From the human T2T-CHM13v2.0 reference genome, Homo sapiens, in assembly GCF_009914755.1 (NCBI RefSeq), contig NC_060944.1: a stretch of DNA of 64,000 nt. One strand, 5' to 3'. Of this stretch, positions 25,821-40,420 are shown one piece after another. The notes beneath the pieces are model-generated. The model was not told the DNA's origin. It saw nothing but the letters and a program-made list of their open reading frames with translations, and did not search any database. The translations under genes were made by a program, and so were the position numbers. Within the stretch, counting starts at the first letter, position 1; each line of letters begins with the position of its first letter.

Positions 25821-27296
25821 GATTGTTGTAAAGCCTATTTTGGAGAATGCGCTCAGGATAAAAGCTACTTTTCAGCTTCCTTTCCTCTCTGCCCCCAAGA
25901 TATATTTCCCGACACTTCTGGGTCACAGCCTTCAGAGGGATATAGTTAATACCCAAGGGTCTCACCACTGATGAGCTCTAAAGAATTACTTAGAAGCATG
26001 ATTGTGTGCCAATAAAGAGGATAACTATCCTATTCTCTGAGGGCTGCAGGCAGTCTTCCTCCTTGTCCCATGACACACTTGTAGTTAACAGATAGAATTG
26101 CCAATTGTCAGAAAATAGGCAGCCCCTCTGAGATCAGCTCTATGCACTTTGCCAGGATTTGCTTTATTCATTAAAGTGAGTTTTTCTCTCATGGGGTGTC
26201 ACATCCAGGTTGGCTTCTCAGCCTGCTGCTCTTCAGCTGACTCCCTGAAACAAATTTCCTAAAACTGACTCTGTTGAGTCCCAATCCAGAACTTTCCCTC
26301 ATTTCTAAATGATATAAATTTCCTTAGGAAATGTTTAAATTGGCTACCAGTATTATGGTTTTATGGCATCCACATTACACATTTCACAGATTTCCAAACC
26401 TGCATGTATCAGAACTGAAAAGACCTGAGCTTAAAATCAAAAGAGCTGAATCACTGTGCTCTCTGAAGCTTAGAGAACCATTTAATTGGAGCAATCAATG
26501 TGCAATAATAAAAGCACTTTTGCAGTCGTTTTACTTTTTTCACTTGTAAGGACAATGGAAACTGTTCAATTGAAAAGTGACTAATTGATCAGTTATATGG
26601 TCATTCAGCAAGAATTTTTTGAATGACTTCTCTGTGCAAAACACTGTTAGGTGTGATGAAGTGTAAAAAGAAGTGTAATACAATTCAATTAAATGAGGCA
26701 AATAATGATGAGTTCCTGCCATGCATCAAGAAGTCTGCTAGATTCTGAGATGAGGTAGTGAGCAAAATGCAGATCTTATCACTGAAGAGATGACAGAGTC
26801 AAGTGGTGCATCCACTAAATCAGTAACTCTCGTTTAGTAAATGCTTTGTGCTAAAGAGGAAATGAGTTAACATTGGACACAGGCAAAGTCTGGGGCATGC
26901 CTTCATTTCCTACAAGTTACATGCTGCATGGAGAATGTGGGTGGGTGCTCAGAGAGATGGTGGGCTGTGGTGATCTGTGAAAATTATAACTGTGGGCACT
27001 GGCTCTGGACTCAGGCCCCTCAGGACAAAGCCGTCTCTACCCTTACTCACTCTGGATGTGCATAGGACATTGAAATGCTCCATGCCTCAGTTTCCCAAGC
27101 TCTAAAAACTGGACACTAGTACCTAATTCATTGTGAATGAGACAGTGCATGTAGAGAGCTCTTGTGAGCCATTCCTGGAGCTCAGAGGGTGGGAGGGGGT
27201 GGCTGTCACTATTGGAGAGTCACAGCAAGTTTTGGTTCCTACTGGGTCCAAGGAGAACGCTGACAGGCAATGTAGCCAGAAAGAGTGTCTACAGCA

Positions 27297-27699
27297 TGAT
27301 AAAAGAAAAGCTTCTTACAAATTAACAGAGTTTATTTGAGCAAAGAACTATTCATGAGTTGGGCAGCACTCAGAACCAGAAGAGGTTCAGAGACTGCCAC
27401 CCAGTAGTCTGGACAGTGAGCTTCTATAGGTTAAACATGAAAGCAGATAAATCACCTGATTGGCTACCACTAGGCATCTGCCTTATTTAGGCATGGTGTG
27501 ATGAGTGGGCTGCCAATGATTGGTTGAAACTTAGCTGTTTCTGATTGCCTGAAATCTGGCTATTTGTTACAAAAAAAAAATACTCCTAAGTTAGGTTTCT
27601 GTTTGTTTACTTACCAAGTTAGGTTGTAATTTGTTACTTAGGAGCTTAAAGTAGGGGGATAGCCTTAGGCTAACGGCCTTCTGCTTATTTAATTTATCA
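27297..27699 (-). mobile_element. ERV1 (MER4 group, MER57-like) solo LTR
   Basis: TG...CA termini, minus-strand AATAAA (tttatt) and CCAAT boxes (gattgg), 4-bp TSD agca/agta. Confidence 0.75.
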
Positions 27700-28017
27700 A
27701 GTACATAAAGATCATCCTGCCTCAGGAATATGGCATTGCATCCAGACCTGGTACCAAGCTGTGAGCCTCCCAGTCTGGCAGAGGCTTTAAAGCCATCAAG
27801 CCCAAAGCATGTGGTCTGCCATGCTCCTTTGCCCTGAGCCATCCCTCCACAGTGTGGGAGGCAACTTAATGTAGGGTTGTGGGTTGTAGCAAAACTGGCT
27901 TCTCTCTGGCTGGCTACAGTCTGTGAAGGCACTAAGCAGCAGCGAGAAGTTAAGTAAACATCACAATGTCATTAAATTGCTATGGCAGTAAATCTTAGGG
28001 TCTCAGGTTCAGAAAAT

Positions 28018-28228
28018 GGGTGGCTCTCAACCTGGGCAATTTTTCCCTCCAGGTACACTTGCCAACAGCTGGACACAGTTTTGGTTGTCACAACTGGGTA
28101 AGGGCATAACTGGCATTTACAGAGTAGTGGCCAGAAATGCTGCTGAGCATCCTACAATATGCAGGGCAGTCCCACAACAGAGATTTCCCAGCTGCAAATG
28201 TCAATAGTTCTGAGGTTCAGAAACCTTG
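28018..28228 (+). mobile_element. MER20 (hAT-Charlie)
   Basis: ttttggttgtcacaactggg...catcctacaat...aaatgtcaatagttctgaggttcagaaacc. Confidence 0.88.
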
Positions 28229-28981
28229 AGACAGGGCAGCAGCAATGGCTGGTGCTTGCTGGGGGAGGAGGGTGGTTTAATCTGAGTCTTGAAGGACCAA
28301 GAAAGTTAGAAGAGCAAACAGGAGAGTGAAGTATTCCAGGAAGGGTCCCAGCACAAGCAAGGATGGGAGAGAAGGATGTTTGAGGGGCGATAAACAGGCT
28401 GGCTCGGCTGGAGGGGTGTTTGTGCAGGCGATGTGTGGAGGGCGTGTGGGGTTTGCTCTCCAGGCCTGAGCAAATCCTCAGGCTTCCTCTGAGAAACTCC
28501 CCATCCCTGTCCATGTGGTCAGGAGGGACTTTCAGTCAAACTACAACCTCCCGCAGTCCAGGGGGTAACATGTGGCCAAGACAGGACCATCCCGTCCTCC
28601 TCTGGGGACCTGAATCATGAACAGTGACAAGAGGACCCTAGAGGTTGCAGTGGAATCATTGCCAGCACAGGGGAACCAGGAGCTGCCCTGATGCCCCAAC
28701 CCTCTGAATTTGGCTCTTCACATTTAATTTTCCTAGAGTTCTGTGACTTACCTCATATCTTGCCAATAAATGTCTTCAAAAAATTAAATCAAGGAATCCA
28801 GAGGTGGTTTCTGTTGCTTTCACTCAACATTGGTTGGGAGTCTGTGGCTCGGGCCTTCTCGTGCCTGGACCCTAACTCTAGGGACAGCTGGTTTCACCAA
28901 GCAGAAAAATAGTCCACTGAATAGAGGACTGTGGTGTGCTGTGCACTGATGGCAGCAACACACACATACACACACACATAA

Positions 28982-29360
<379 letters not shown>

Positions 29361-29374
29361 ACCACTCTCCTTTT

Positions 29375-30060
29375 TTCCTTGGTAACAGAGCCCTACTTTT
29401 GTTCACCCCTCCAGTAGAAAACAATGTGCTGAGGAAAGGTGGCCCTGCCTCAGCCCTAAGGGACAAACATGATTGCTCAATGGTTCAAGGCCAATCAAAG
29501 CATAGTAATCCTCTTCCCCTTTGTGATTGTTTTGCAAGCAGGCCTGTCATCCAGTTCTAGCCAAAGGGACTTAAGGGACATCTACTAGAGGCTTCTGGGA
29601 AAGAATTCCCAAGCCACACAGGAGAAAAATCCCCCAGCTCTCCTTCCCAACCTCTGTTTTGGACAAAGGCTGGTGATGCTTGAGCCATGGCAGCCACTGG
29701 AAACCTCAAGGCAAAGGCCAGAGAATCTCAGAGATGCAGAGACAGAGGCCTGACATTCTAGAGCTAGAGAGTAAACCAAATTAGAGTTGTCTTTTCTGGG
29801 CTTCTTGTTAAGTGAGTTAATAAATATCTTCTTAACTTAAGATGGTGCTTCTGAAACTTCAATGTGGACATGAATCACCTGGGGCTCTTATGCAAAATGC
29901 AGATTCTTATTCTGTAGATCTAAGGTAAAATATAAGATTCTGAATTTCTAACAAACTCTTGATGCTGATGTTGCTGGTCCATGGACCCCACTTTGAGTCA
30001 TTAGACTATAAGCCACTTTTAGCTGCATATTCTGTTACTTGCTGCCAAAAGCATCCTAAC
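29375..30060 (+). mobile_element. Old MLT1 LTR interrupted by MER5A
   Basis: cagttctagccaa...ggcttctgggaaag...ttctgttacttgctgccaaaagcatcctaac. Confidence 0.6.
29841..30005 (-). mobile_element. MER5A (hAT-Charlie)
   Basis: gaatcacctgggg...aaaatgcagattc...gatgctgatgttgctggtccatggaccccactttgag. Confidence 0.8.
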
Positions 30061-30852
30061 TCTTTTGACCATTTGCATAGTAGCCCCACCCACTGGATGG
30101 AACCCAGAGTCTCATCTTCCCATCAATCAGATTCACCCTCCTCCACCTGTGGGAGGAGCCGAGAGACAAGTGCTTGGGGAGAAGACCATCCTCCTTCCAA
30201 AAGGCAAGAGCACTTCCTGGTGTTGTGAGCCTGGGTGAGAGAGAGATGGAGGAGGATGGAGGTAGAGCCAGATCGCAGGGACAGATGCTGATTTGGGGAT
30301 GTTCTGGGTCTTCGATTGCCTCTTTATGGTCTGTTTATGAAACCCAGACGCCCTTTCAGTGAGAAGCAATTCTGCCATGTTTATTTTGGGAAAGAAGCCA
30401 CAAAACCCAAATTGTCATCTATTTCCCAGTCTTTTCCAGTTTCCAGGCATATCATCCTTTTCTATGCCTTGGAGAACATTTCAAGCCTCCTGGAATTTTT
30501 CACCAAGGAGGGACCTCAGGGTCACTGCAACAGGATGGCCTGCTGAACCACCAAGAGGCCTAGGATTCTATCCTGAAAATCAGGGATTCCATGTGGGTCT
30601 CTCAGGCCCAGCTCTCTTGTGAAATTGAGAGCTTCAGATTAGTCATATTCGGACGTTGAGAGGTGGAGGGAACACTGGAAATGGCTCTGCCGCTCATGTG
30701 CTGTGTGTCCTTGGGCAAGTGATTTGGCCTCTCTGAAAACCAGTTTCCTCCCCTGTGAATGGCAGAAGTTGGGTCAGGTGATTTCTTAGGGCCTTGCCTG
30801 CTCTAAGCATTTCATGGTCTCAACATTCTCATAAACAGGACTTAGCTTAGGT

Positions 30853-31028
30853 CAGTGGTCTCCATGTTGGCTGCACATTTGAGTCACCTGAGGGACATTA
30901 TCGACTCTGGTGCTTCTGTGTTCTACCCAGATGATCTGATCTGATAGATTTGGGGTCCAGCTTGGCCATCAGGAATCTTTAAACCTTCCCAGATGTCACT
31001 AACATATAACCAGGATTGAAAGCCACTG
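30853..31028. mobile_element. MER5B (hAT-Charlie)
   Basis: cagtgg...ttggctgcacatttgagtcacctg...ccaggattgaaagccactg with CAGTGG/CCACTG termini. Confidence 0.75.
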
Positions 31029-32409
31029 GGCTACGCCTGATTTTATAGAAGAGGAAACTGGGCTCACATCTCTGGTCAGCAGGTCAGCCACCAGCAGAAT
31101 CCAGTGACTCCCGCTTGCAGGTGTGGGACCTCACAGCCACCCTCTGCAGTGCAGCGCATCTCTAGGACCTGGGGAACATTGCACCTTTCCATTCTTCAAT
31201 AAACTTCTCCTCCATCTCTTTCCCTCTCTGCCCCGCCCCTCGCTCCAATGAGCTAAATCTCTCTCAAGTAGCTCCTGCCTCTGTCCTGTGAACGTGCCTG
31301 CCAGGAGGAGTCGCCATGCCTGGTTACCTCCTTGAACTAGGGAGGAAGGAGGGAAATATGGGCTTAGACACGTGGAACTCAGGGTCTCCCATGTCACTCT
31401 GACTACCACCCAAAGCACCTTGCTCTGGGTTTGTCACAGGACAAGGGGAAGCTGCTGTGATGTCACTGAGGGTAATGAGAAAGTTGAAGAAGAAAGAGGA
31501 GAGAAATAGCACATCTGTAATTAGACATTCTTCCTGGTTGCTTCTTTGCATGTTGAAAATGGCTTGCTACAATCCAGTCATGTTTAGCCCCTTGGGGTCC
31601 CTGGTGCAGTGAGTCCAGGACCAGGACTGGGGGCTTTACTCACAGCTGCCTTCCCAAGTCCTGTTGACCTTTGAGCATCTCCTGCCCCAGGGCCCAAGAG
31701 AGCGCTGCAGCAGCCACACACAACATGAGATGCTTCTCTGGGTGTGCCTGGCTTCACCCTTCTGTGCTTCTGATGGCAGAAGATAGAAAGTGTCTCTTCC
31801 TTCCTTGCAAGCATTTCCATCTCGGAAGACTCTCTGGGGAAAGAACACGAAGGGGGAGAGGCTTCCTAAGTCCCTTCACTGGGGGCTTATCCGTGACCGA
31901 CGTTCCTGGGGAGACATACATTTCATCAGTCACTTTCCATCTCACTCCACTCTCCCTCCTCCTCTCTGCAAGCTTACACTGCAGCCCGATGGAATTACAC
32001 ACAGTGCCCTGCATATGCCAAGGTTCTTCCACCTCTAGTCATGCTGCTTCCTGTCCTGACACCCCCTTCCCAACTCGATCCTGCTGAGCAGCCTGGGATC
32101 TGTGTACGGGACGCCCCTCAGAGTCACCCAGACACAGGGGAAGCTGGGGTGTTTATTCCCCGCCCCTCAGTCACAGGTGCAGGCCTGCTCCTGGGGCACT
32201 CACCCCAGCATCTCCAACGCTAAGGCAGCTCAGAGAGCCACTTTCCTGTCCAAGGAACCCTTAGAGACCATTCCCAGGAGGAGCGAATGTCCACCTGTGT
32301 GGCGTCCTCCTGGGGCGCTCCTTCTAGGGGGGACCCCAGTCCCTCCTGCCCTTCCACCCAGAATCCTCCTGTCTCCTGGGTGAAAACTGGAGCCCAGATT
32401 CTAGCTCTG

Positions 32410-32590
32410 CTGTGTCTCTCAGACTCTGGTGAGTGTCAGAATGTTTTGGAGGCCTTGTTAAAACTCCGATGGCCAGGCCCACCCTGAGGTTCTGATTCAG
32501 GAGGTCTCAGCAGAGCCCAGAGCTGGCTTTCCCAGCAGGGCCCCGGGGTGCTGATGCTGCTGCCCCTAGGACCACCCCTGAGAGCCCTGG
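32410..32590 (-). mobile_element. MER5A
   Basis: ggccttgttaaaac...ggccccaccctgaggttctgattcag...tgctgatgctgctg...ggaccac. Confidence 0.7.
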
Positions 32591-32654
32591 CTCTCCACCA
32601 GAGCCTGCTCACCTGGAGACAGTGACCACAGGCCACAGGTCACCCCTCACTGCT

Positions 32655-33100
32655 TCACTCCACGCCCTCTCCTGTGACCTCATCTCCTCCCACCTCCCCC
32701 TGGGTCACGTGGCTCCAGCCACACCCACCTCCCTGCTGTTCCTCACCCAGGATCACCAAGGTCTCTCCTACCCCGGGGCCTGTGCACCTGCTGTGCCTCT
32801 GCTTGGGGTGCTCTTCCCAGGGCTTGCCCACCTCCTCAGAGAGGCCTCCTGACCCCTGACACGGCCTTGCCCTTCACCTCTATCGTCCTTTAGAACAGCC
32901 CCCACCTCCCGCACATCATGCAGTTGCAGGTTCAATGGCTACTGCTTGTCCTCCAGACTCGTGAGTAACTCGTGAGGTGGGGCGGGGCGGGGGCGGGGGC
33001 GGGGGCGGGAGGGGTGGGGGTGTTTTGTTCCCTGCTCTGTCCCGGCACTCAGAGCAGTGCCTGGCAGGGGTGGGTACTCAGTACACACCTGTTAGCAAGT
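32655..33100 (+). mobile_element. L2a 3' end
   Basis: ctccagccacac...cctccctgctgttcctc...gggcctgtgcacctgctgtgcctctgc...agcagtgcctggca. Confidence 0.75.
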
Positions 33101-33887
33101 GACTCCGATGCAGGGACCGTTCTCTCTAATCTCCAAGTCCACCTTTCTTATACTAAGGATTTTCAGTGTTTTTTCATGCACCATCCAATCTTTTTTGACT
33201 CTTAGATCATATGCCTCAGAGCCCATCTGGGTACAAAAACACCCGTTTTCAAAAAAGGAACCAGAAAGTGGTTTCATCTCGCTTTAGGATGTGAATGAAA
33301 GCCTCTCCTTCCGTCTCCCGAGAAGGGACTTTCAGAAGCTGCAGGTGCCCAGGTCCAGGCCCCACGCTGTGGCCCCGCAGGGACTGTACTCACTCTTTAT
33401 TTTTCTCTTTTCCAGCTCTCCACAAGCCAACAGCTCTCTCCTGGCTTTGATTTTCAACCATTTAAGTTGAAAAAAATTCAAAACAAATGAAATGCACTTA
33501 AGAGAAAGCCTTGAGGAGTTCAGCAGGCCACCCAAAGTGAAGGGACTCCTTTGGGGGTCTTTGTTGTTATCAATTATTTATTGAGCCCTGATGTGTTCCT
33601 GGCGCCACCAAGACCGAAAGGAGACAGGGTCCCTGCCCTGGGGCATCCCAACAAAGAAGGGAGAGTTTGTGAAGCTTAAAAATGTCCCAGATGGTAAAAC
33701 AGTTACACGTCATACCTCAAGGCTGCTCTATACTTTTATTATAGTTTTATTCTTAAGGCTGTTTATTTATTTTCTGATGTAAAAGGTAATAGAAAGTTTA
33801 TAAACTATTCCTAGAATATAGACAAAAAATAAAATTCGACTTCGTCCAGCATTTTTAATGCACATGTAAGAACTCTACTTGGTTTAT

Positions 33888-34287
<400 letters not shown>

Positions 34288-34315
34288 TCAAATTACATCA
34301 CCTACATTTATTCAT

Positions 34316-34525
34316 TTTTCTTTTCTTTCTTTTTTTTTTTTCAGAGTTTCGCTCTTATTGCTCAGGCTGGAGTGCAATGGCGCGATCTCGGCTCACTGCA
34401 GCCTCCACCTCCAAGGTTCAAGCAATTCCCGTCTCAGCCTCCCTGAGTAGCTGGGATTATAGGCGCCCGGCTAATTTTTTGTATTTCTGGTAGAGACGGA
34501 ATTTCGCCATGTTGGTCAGGCTGGT
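34316..34525 (-). mobile_element. AluSp/Sq-like, 5'-truncated
   Basis: gagtttcgctcttattgctcaggctggagtgcaatgg...catgttggtcaggctgg. Confidence 0.9.
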
Positions 34526-34754
34526 TGCTTACATTTCTTTATGTCATAAAGCAGGCTTCAAAACAGAAATTTTAATCTCTTCAGAATATTCCATCACATA
34601 GATATATGATAATTGCCTTCAGTAGTCCTCTATTGCTGGATGCCAGTTTTTTTTGTTTTGTTTTGTTTTGTTTGGTTATTATAAATAACACTGCCATGAA
34701 CTTCCTTAGTTTCGAAAGATTTGAATCACTCTCATTATAATTTCAGTTTATTTG

Positions 34755-34967
34755 TTAATTTAATGTATTTTTTGAGACAAGGTCTCACTCTGTTACTCAG
34801 GCTACATTACAGTGGCGCAATCGTAGTTCACTGCAGCCTCAAAATCCTGGGCTCAAGCGATCCTCCCACCTCAGCCTCCTGAGTAACTGGAACTAAAGGC
34901 GCACCCCGCCACACCCCACTAGTTTTTAAAATTTTTTTGTAGAGACAGGGTCTCACTTTGTTGCCCT
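34755..34967 (-). mobile_element. AluJ, 5'-truncated
   Basis: J-type right arm plus linker; flanking taatttca(g/c)tttat duplication. Confidence 0.88.
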
Positions 34968-35071
34968 AATTTCACTTTATAAACAGGAAGAAAGAAAACC
35001 TAACTTTAAGTTTGAAACCAAATCCTAATGCTTTCTCGCAGTTCTATTTGCTGAGGTTAAGGTGGGTATGA

Positions 35072-35483
<412 letters not shown>

Positions 35484-35945
35484 ACTCCAGCACCTCCTCT
35501 TTCAAGTACAAATCCAGACCAAGGCACAGGGCCCCTGCTGGGTCTGACCTTTTAGCACAAAGAGCCACCGAACCATGGGAAACACTAAATAATTTGATGC
35601 AAAGTAATTTCTTTCTTAAACATAGGGCATCCCTACAGCTTTCTGTCTTATTTTTTAGCTCCATATGAAAGAGTCTGCTCTGGGGCAAGTCCACGAGGCC
35701 CTGAGTACCACTGGGAATGGAAGCTCCACTGAGGCACACATAAGCCTCTGGTGCTTCCGTCTCTGCCATGAGAGGGTGGAAGAGACACTGGGCCACTTCA
35801 AAGTTGTTAGGTGGCCAGTTGCTGGGTGGGCATTATGTGAGGGACACTTCACTTTCCCATTTCTTTGTACCAGACAGAAAAACAGTGGAAAATCAGTTAT
35901 CTCCAGTTTAAAGTTGATGGGTCAACTAAGGCTCTTTGGGCTTAA

Positions 35946-36280
<335 letters not shown>

Positions 36281-36424
36281 CAGTCCATATAGTTTTAAGC
36301 TCATTTGGATTTAATATAAAAGTTTAAGCTTTTGGCCTACTGTTTAATATTGAATTGTTCCTTTCATGGAATCATGAATGATTTTTCACAAGTTTCTCTT
36401 CTTTTTATAAAAAGTGACTCTGGT

Positions 36425-36713
36425 GGCCAGGTGCAGTGGCTAACACCTGTAATCCCAGCACTTTGGGAGGCAAGCCGGGCAGATCACGAGGTCAGGAGAT
36501 GGAGACCATCCTGGCCAACATGGTGAAAACCCATCTCTACTAAAGATACAAGTTAGCTGGGCGTGGTGGCACGTGCCTGTAATCCCAGCTGCTCAGGAGG
36601 CTGAGGCAGGAGAATCACTTGAACCCAGGAGGCAGAGGTTGCAGTGAGCCTAGATTGCGCTGCTGCACTCCAGCCTGGTGACAGAGTGAGACTCTGTCTC
36701 AAAAAAAAAAAAA
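36425..36713 (+). mobile_element. AluSc-like
   Basis: gagaccatcctggccaac, cctggtgacagag; TSD tgactctgg. Confidence 0.94.
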
Positions 36714-36904
36714 TGACTCTGGCTCTGGCTCTATATCTAAGGGGTCAACTGCACCATTGTCACCACAATGCCATTTTCTGGAAGGAAAAGCTCTATCTGA
36801 CTTCACAGTCCTTAGGAGCCTTGTTATGGAACCTGGTGGACAAACCATTTTAACTGGACATGATGTTGCTTTTTAATCAATGACTCCTGAAATTTTAGGT
36901 GAGT

Positions 36905-37260
36905 ATGAGTCTGGAGTTTTAGATTACAAACAACAGGAAGCCAATTCAACCCAGCTTTTTAAAAGAAGATTTCTAATTAAATGTGTTGATTCTGTTAGCA
37001 GAGAACTCTGGGGGCAGTGTGGGTTGCAGGCATGGGTAGATCCAGGTGTCAAATGACATTCTCAGGACCCATGCTCTCTCCATCATTGGCTCTGATTGCT
37101 CAGGTTTGGGCTCCATTCTTGGGCCACTCTCTTGCTCTGCAGCAAGATGGTCAATGGCAGCTCTAGGCTCTCACCCTCATCTTCACATCTCTAAGTCCAG
37201 AACAAAGAGCTTTCCACACCTGCTACAGATCTGGGAGAAGATGATCCTATCTTTCTTGAA
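36905..37260 (-). mobile_element. Old MLT1 LTR
   Basis: gcaggcatgggtagatccaggtgtcaaatgaca...gcaagatggtcaatggcagctctagg. Confidence 0.6.
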
Positions 37261-39186
37261 CCTGAGGCTAGTCCTTACTCCTCCCTAAGTTCTAACATAT
37301 TTACTTAAAACAAGGCACTAATGAAATGACTATATAAGTGCCCCACTGCCTCAGTAGGCAAAAAATGTGTTTTTATATATAGCTTATTCTAACAGTATTC
37401 AAACTGTGGCTTGATCTTACTGAGCTCCAGTGGCCATAGAGAATATGATTCTTTCAGATGTTTTCACAACAACTTTTACAGCAACTATCTTTACACCTGC
37501 CTTCCCTTTCTCCTCATCAGATCAATTAGTCTGGTTTCTTCTATTTCCTGCTTACTTTCCGTTCCCCCATTACTGAACTTCTGATTGAAGAAATATACAG
37601 GACTGGGCACTGAGGCATTGAGGATGCTTTCAAGTTAGCAGTAAAGAAATACCCACAGGGTCATCCTGCCATCCCAACAATTGTCTTCTTTCTGCTAGGA
37701 TAGGCCTCATCACTCCTCAGATGATTCTCGAAGGATAACACACAGGCCAGTGGGCAGCCCTAGGCCAGGGGGATTACCAAGACATGAAGACTTTCTTTCT
37801 GTCTCAGCAACCTTCATGCTTGGTCAAGCAAAGGTGTTGCTTAAGTCAAACCCAGGGCAGGGGAGAGCAGTTGAAGCAAAGTGAGTCTTTGGAGGCCCTG
37901 TGGTTGTGGGGTCTGGTGTGGAGACAGTGAGAACGGAAAAGGTGGGAGAGGAGCAGTCAACCCGTGAATGGCCCCATTCAGACGCCTTTACCTGGAAGAC
38001 GTGGCAGGTGAGCAGCAAGTGAGCGGGAGAGTGGGAGAGAGAATGAGGAAGTGAGGGAGAGAATGGATGAGTGAGCACCTGCTTGGATGAGCCGACACCC
38101 ACCAGGGATCATGAGAACACCGAACAGCTGAGGCACGGTGGCGTCTCTCAGCAGCCTCCCCAGGCCTGTGCCCCTGGGTCCTGACATGAGAGCTGATGAC
38201 CATTTATTATCACTGGTGATGTCAAGAGGTGGCTTGGAATGGTTGTAACCGTCTGTTCATTTTCATCTCACCTCCACATCCACCACAAATACACAGTGAC
38301 GTTGCTCTGCAAAAGCAGCAGCACACAGCCCCCCAGAAGCCCCTTCCAGGTAATTGCCAAAAGTTTCTTCCATATGGAAATTCTGTAGTTGTGTGACCTC
38401 AGGCTAGTTACACAACCTCTCTGAGCTTTGCCATCGTCTTCTGTCCTATGGTAAGAATGATACTGAGGTACTAGGGAGCTGTGAAGCATATGCTGTGAGA
38501 CAACACAGCTGAGCAGCCCAGCCAGAGCCCCCTGGGGAAGCCGTCAGAGGTCAGCAGCTCCCGTCTCCTTCCCTCTTGACTCCTAATAGTCTAGGACAGA
38601 ACTTTGCCCTCCCTTCTTCCTGTCCCAAAGATGCACAATGATAATGATGCTGATGGTTATTTAGTAAGAAACTTCCCAACAGGAACAGTCATCAGGAGGG
38701 GGCACAGTTGGATTCTCTCCAGTGAAGATGTCAGGATGGACAGAAATGTCAGCGTAATCCAAAGAGGACACAAACACCCCTGCTATTTTCTTGTCACCAG
38801 GAAAAGGCCAGCTCTAGGTTTGATGAATGTTTAGTGAAAGAAAGTTTGCAAAAGTAGAAAAGAAACTGACATAATGGTAGCCAAACAGGCTTTCTCTGCA
38901 TTAGAAGAGCTAAATATACCCTTGCATGTCTGATTAGAGAAAAACAAAACAAACAAGCAAAAGCTCCTCCGATGCACAGAGGTACTGCTCCATTGAACTA
39001 GACCAGAAGAGCTTGGGCCTGCCCCTTGGGAACAGGGGTCAACATGATGCGGTGGGCAGGGACCCATCATCTGACAAGAAGATGCCCTGAGGGCAATGGA
39101 AAGCACGGTGTGTCGGGAGAAGATGGCCCTGAGGGCAGGTGCATTCAGGTGCTTGTGAACGCTGCAGCATGTTGGGTCTCTAGTTT

Positions 39187-39656
39187 TGTATCAGTCAGCT
39201 ACTCTCACAACAATGCTGTGTAACAAACCACCCCAAACTCAGTTGCAAACAATGATATTTATTTCTCATTCTCATGTCCACAGGTCTACTGGGGTTCATC
39301 CCATCTGAGCCAGGCCTGGCTTTTCTTGGCTGCAAGCTGAGAGCTGGGTCCAGGTCTGCTGAACCAAGGTTCTCCCATCTTCCTTGAGCCAGTGACAATC
39401 AGAGGCCTATTTCTTTCATGACGGAAGGCAGGAGAACAAGCAGGCAAGACCAGCTGTGCTAGCACATGGCACCCCTTTCCCACATCACACCTGCTAACAT
39501 CCCATTGTTCAAAGCAAGTAACACAACCAAACCCAATATCAACAGGACAAGAAAACAGACTCCACCTCTAGGTGCACAAACTACAGAGTCACGGACAGAG
39601 AACACAGATCTAGGGAAGGAAGCTGGAGAATGAGAACAATGACCCTCAATAACACA
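39187..39656 (-). mobile_element. MLT1 (I-like) MaLR LTR
   Basis: tgtatcagtcagcta...gctgtgtaacaaaccaccccaaactcag...taacatcccattg...aaagcaagt. Confidence 0.8.
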
Positions 39657-40049
39657 ACCTCCCACAGGTTTCCAAATCCCCAACCTGAGCATATTTCCAA
39701 GGAAACGGAATCATGGGTTCAGGGTTTTAGAGCAAGCAATTTCTGCTCTCCCAGCTTAGTTTCCATACCCTTAACACAGGGGCAATGACGTCGCATCGAA
39801 TCATATCTTATAAGTCTGTGATGATGTTTCAACAACTGAACGCCAGAAAAGTGCTTAGAGCAAGGCCAGGTAGGAGGGACAGAAGCCAATAATAATGAGT
39901 AGCATCACTGTTAACCCGCAAAATTCTGGGAATTTCCTCGAAAGTCTAATTAGAGAATCATGTCCCCAACAATTAACAGTTATTTTGTTTTTTTTTTCTT
40001 TGAATCTGAGAAAATACTAATTGTCACAGGGTAGAATATTTATCTGATG

Positions 40050-40420
40050 AGCGTATAGAAGTTAAGGGCTCTTTGGAGTCACGGTGCTGGGTTTGGGTCT
40101 CATTCCTCCTCCTACCTGCCTTTCTGAGCCTTGGTTCCTCATGTGTAGAAGGGGTACAATCCCAACCTCATGTGTTTGTGGCAGTCGGGGTTAAATGGGC
40201 TAATGATTCTGAAGTGCTCCGCGCAGGCCTGGCAGGTGCTGAGCAACCTCAGGCCATAGAGAGAGCACTGATTTTGGAGTCAGGAGCTGGGACCTCAGGT
40301 CCTATTCCCTGGGGATCCGGGAAAAGTCCCTTGGCTTCCCTGAGCTTCATCTGCCCCACGTGCTAGTGAGGTGGCTGGACCAGTCAGGCTAAGGACGTCC
40401 CTGCAGCTATCTAACTTCCC
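40050..40420 (+). mobile_element. Tandem MIR and MIR3 fragments
   Basis: gttaagggctctttggagtca...ctgagccttggttcctcatgtgtagaagggg, then a second ttggagtcaggagctggg...ctgagcttcatctgcccc. Confidence 0.65.

Noticed and set aside
25245-25971. Cys/Val/His-rich repetitive ORFs
   Set aside because: They are translations of the CA-rich minisatellite in several frames on both strands.
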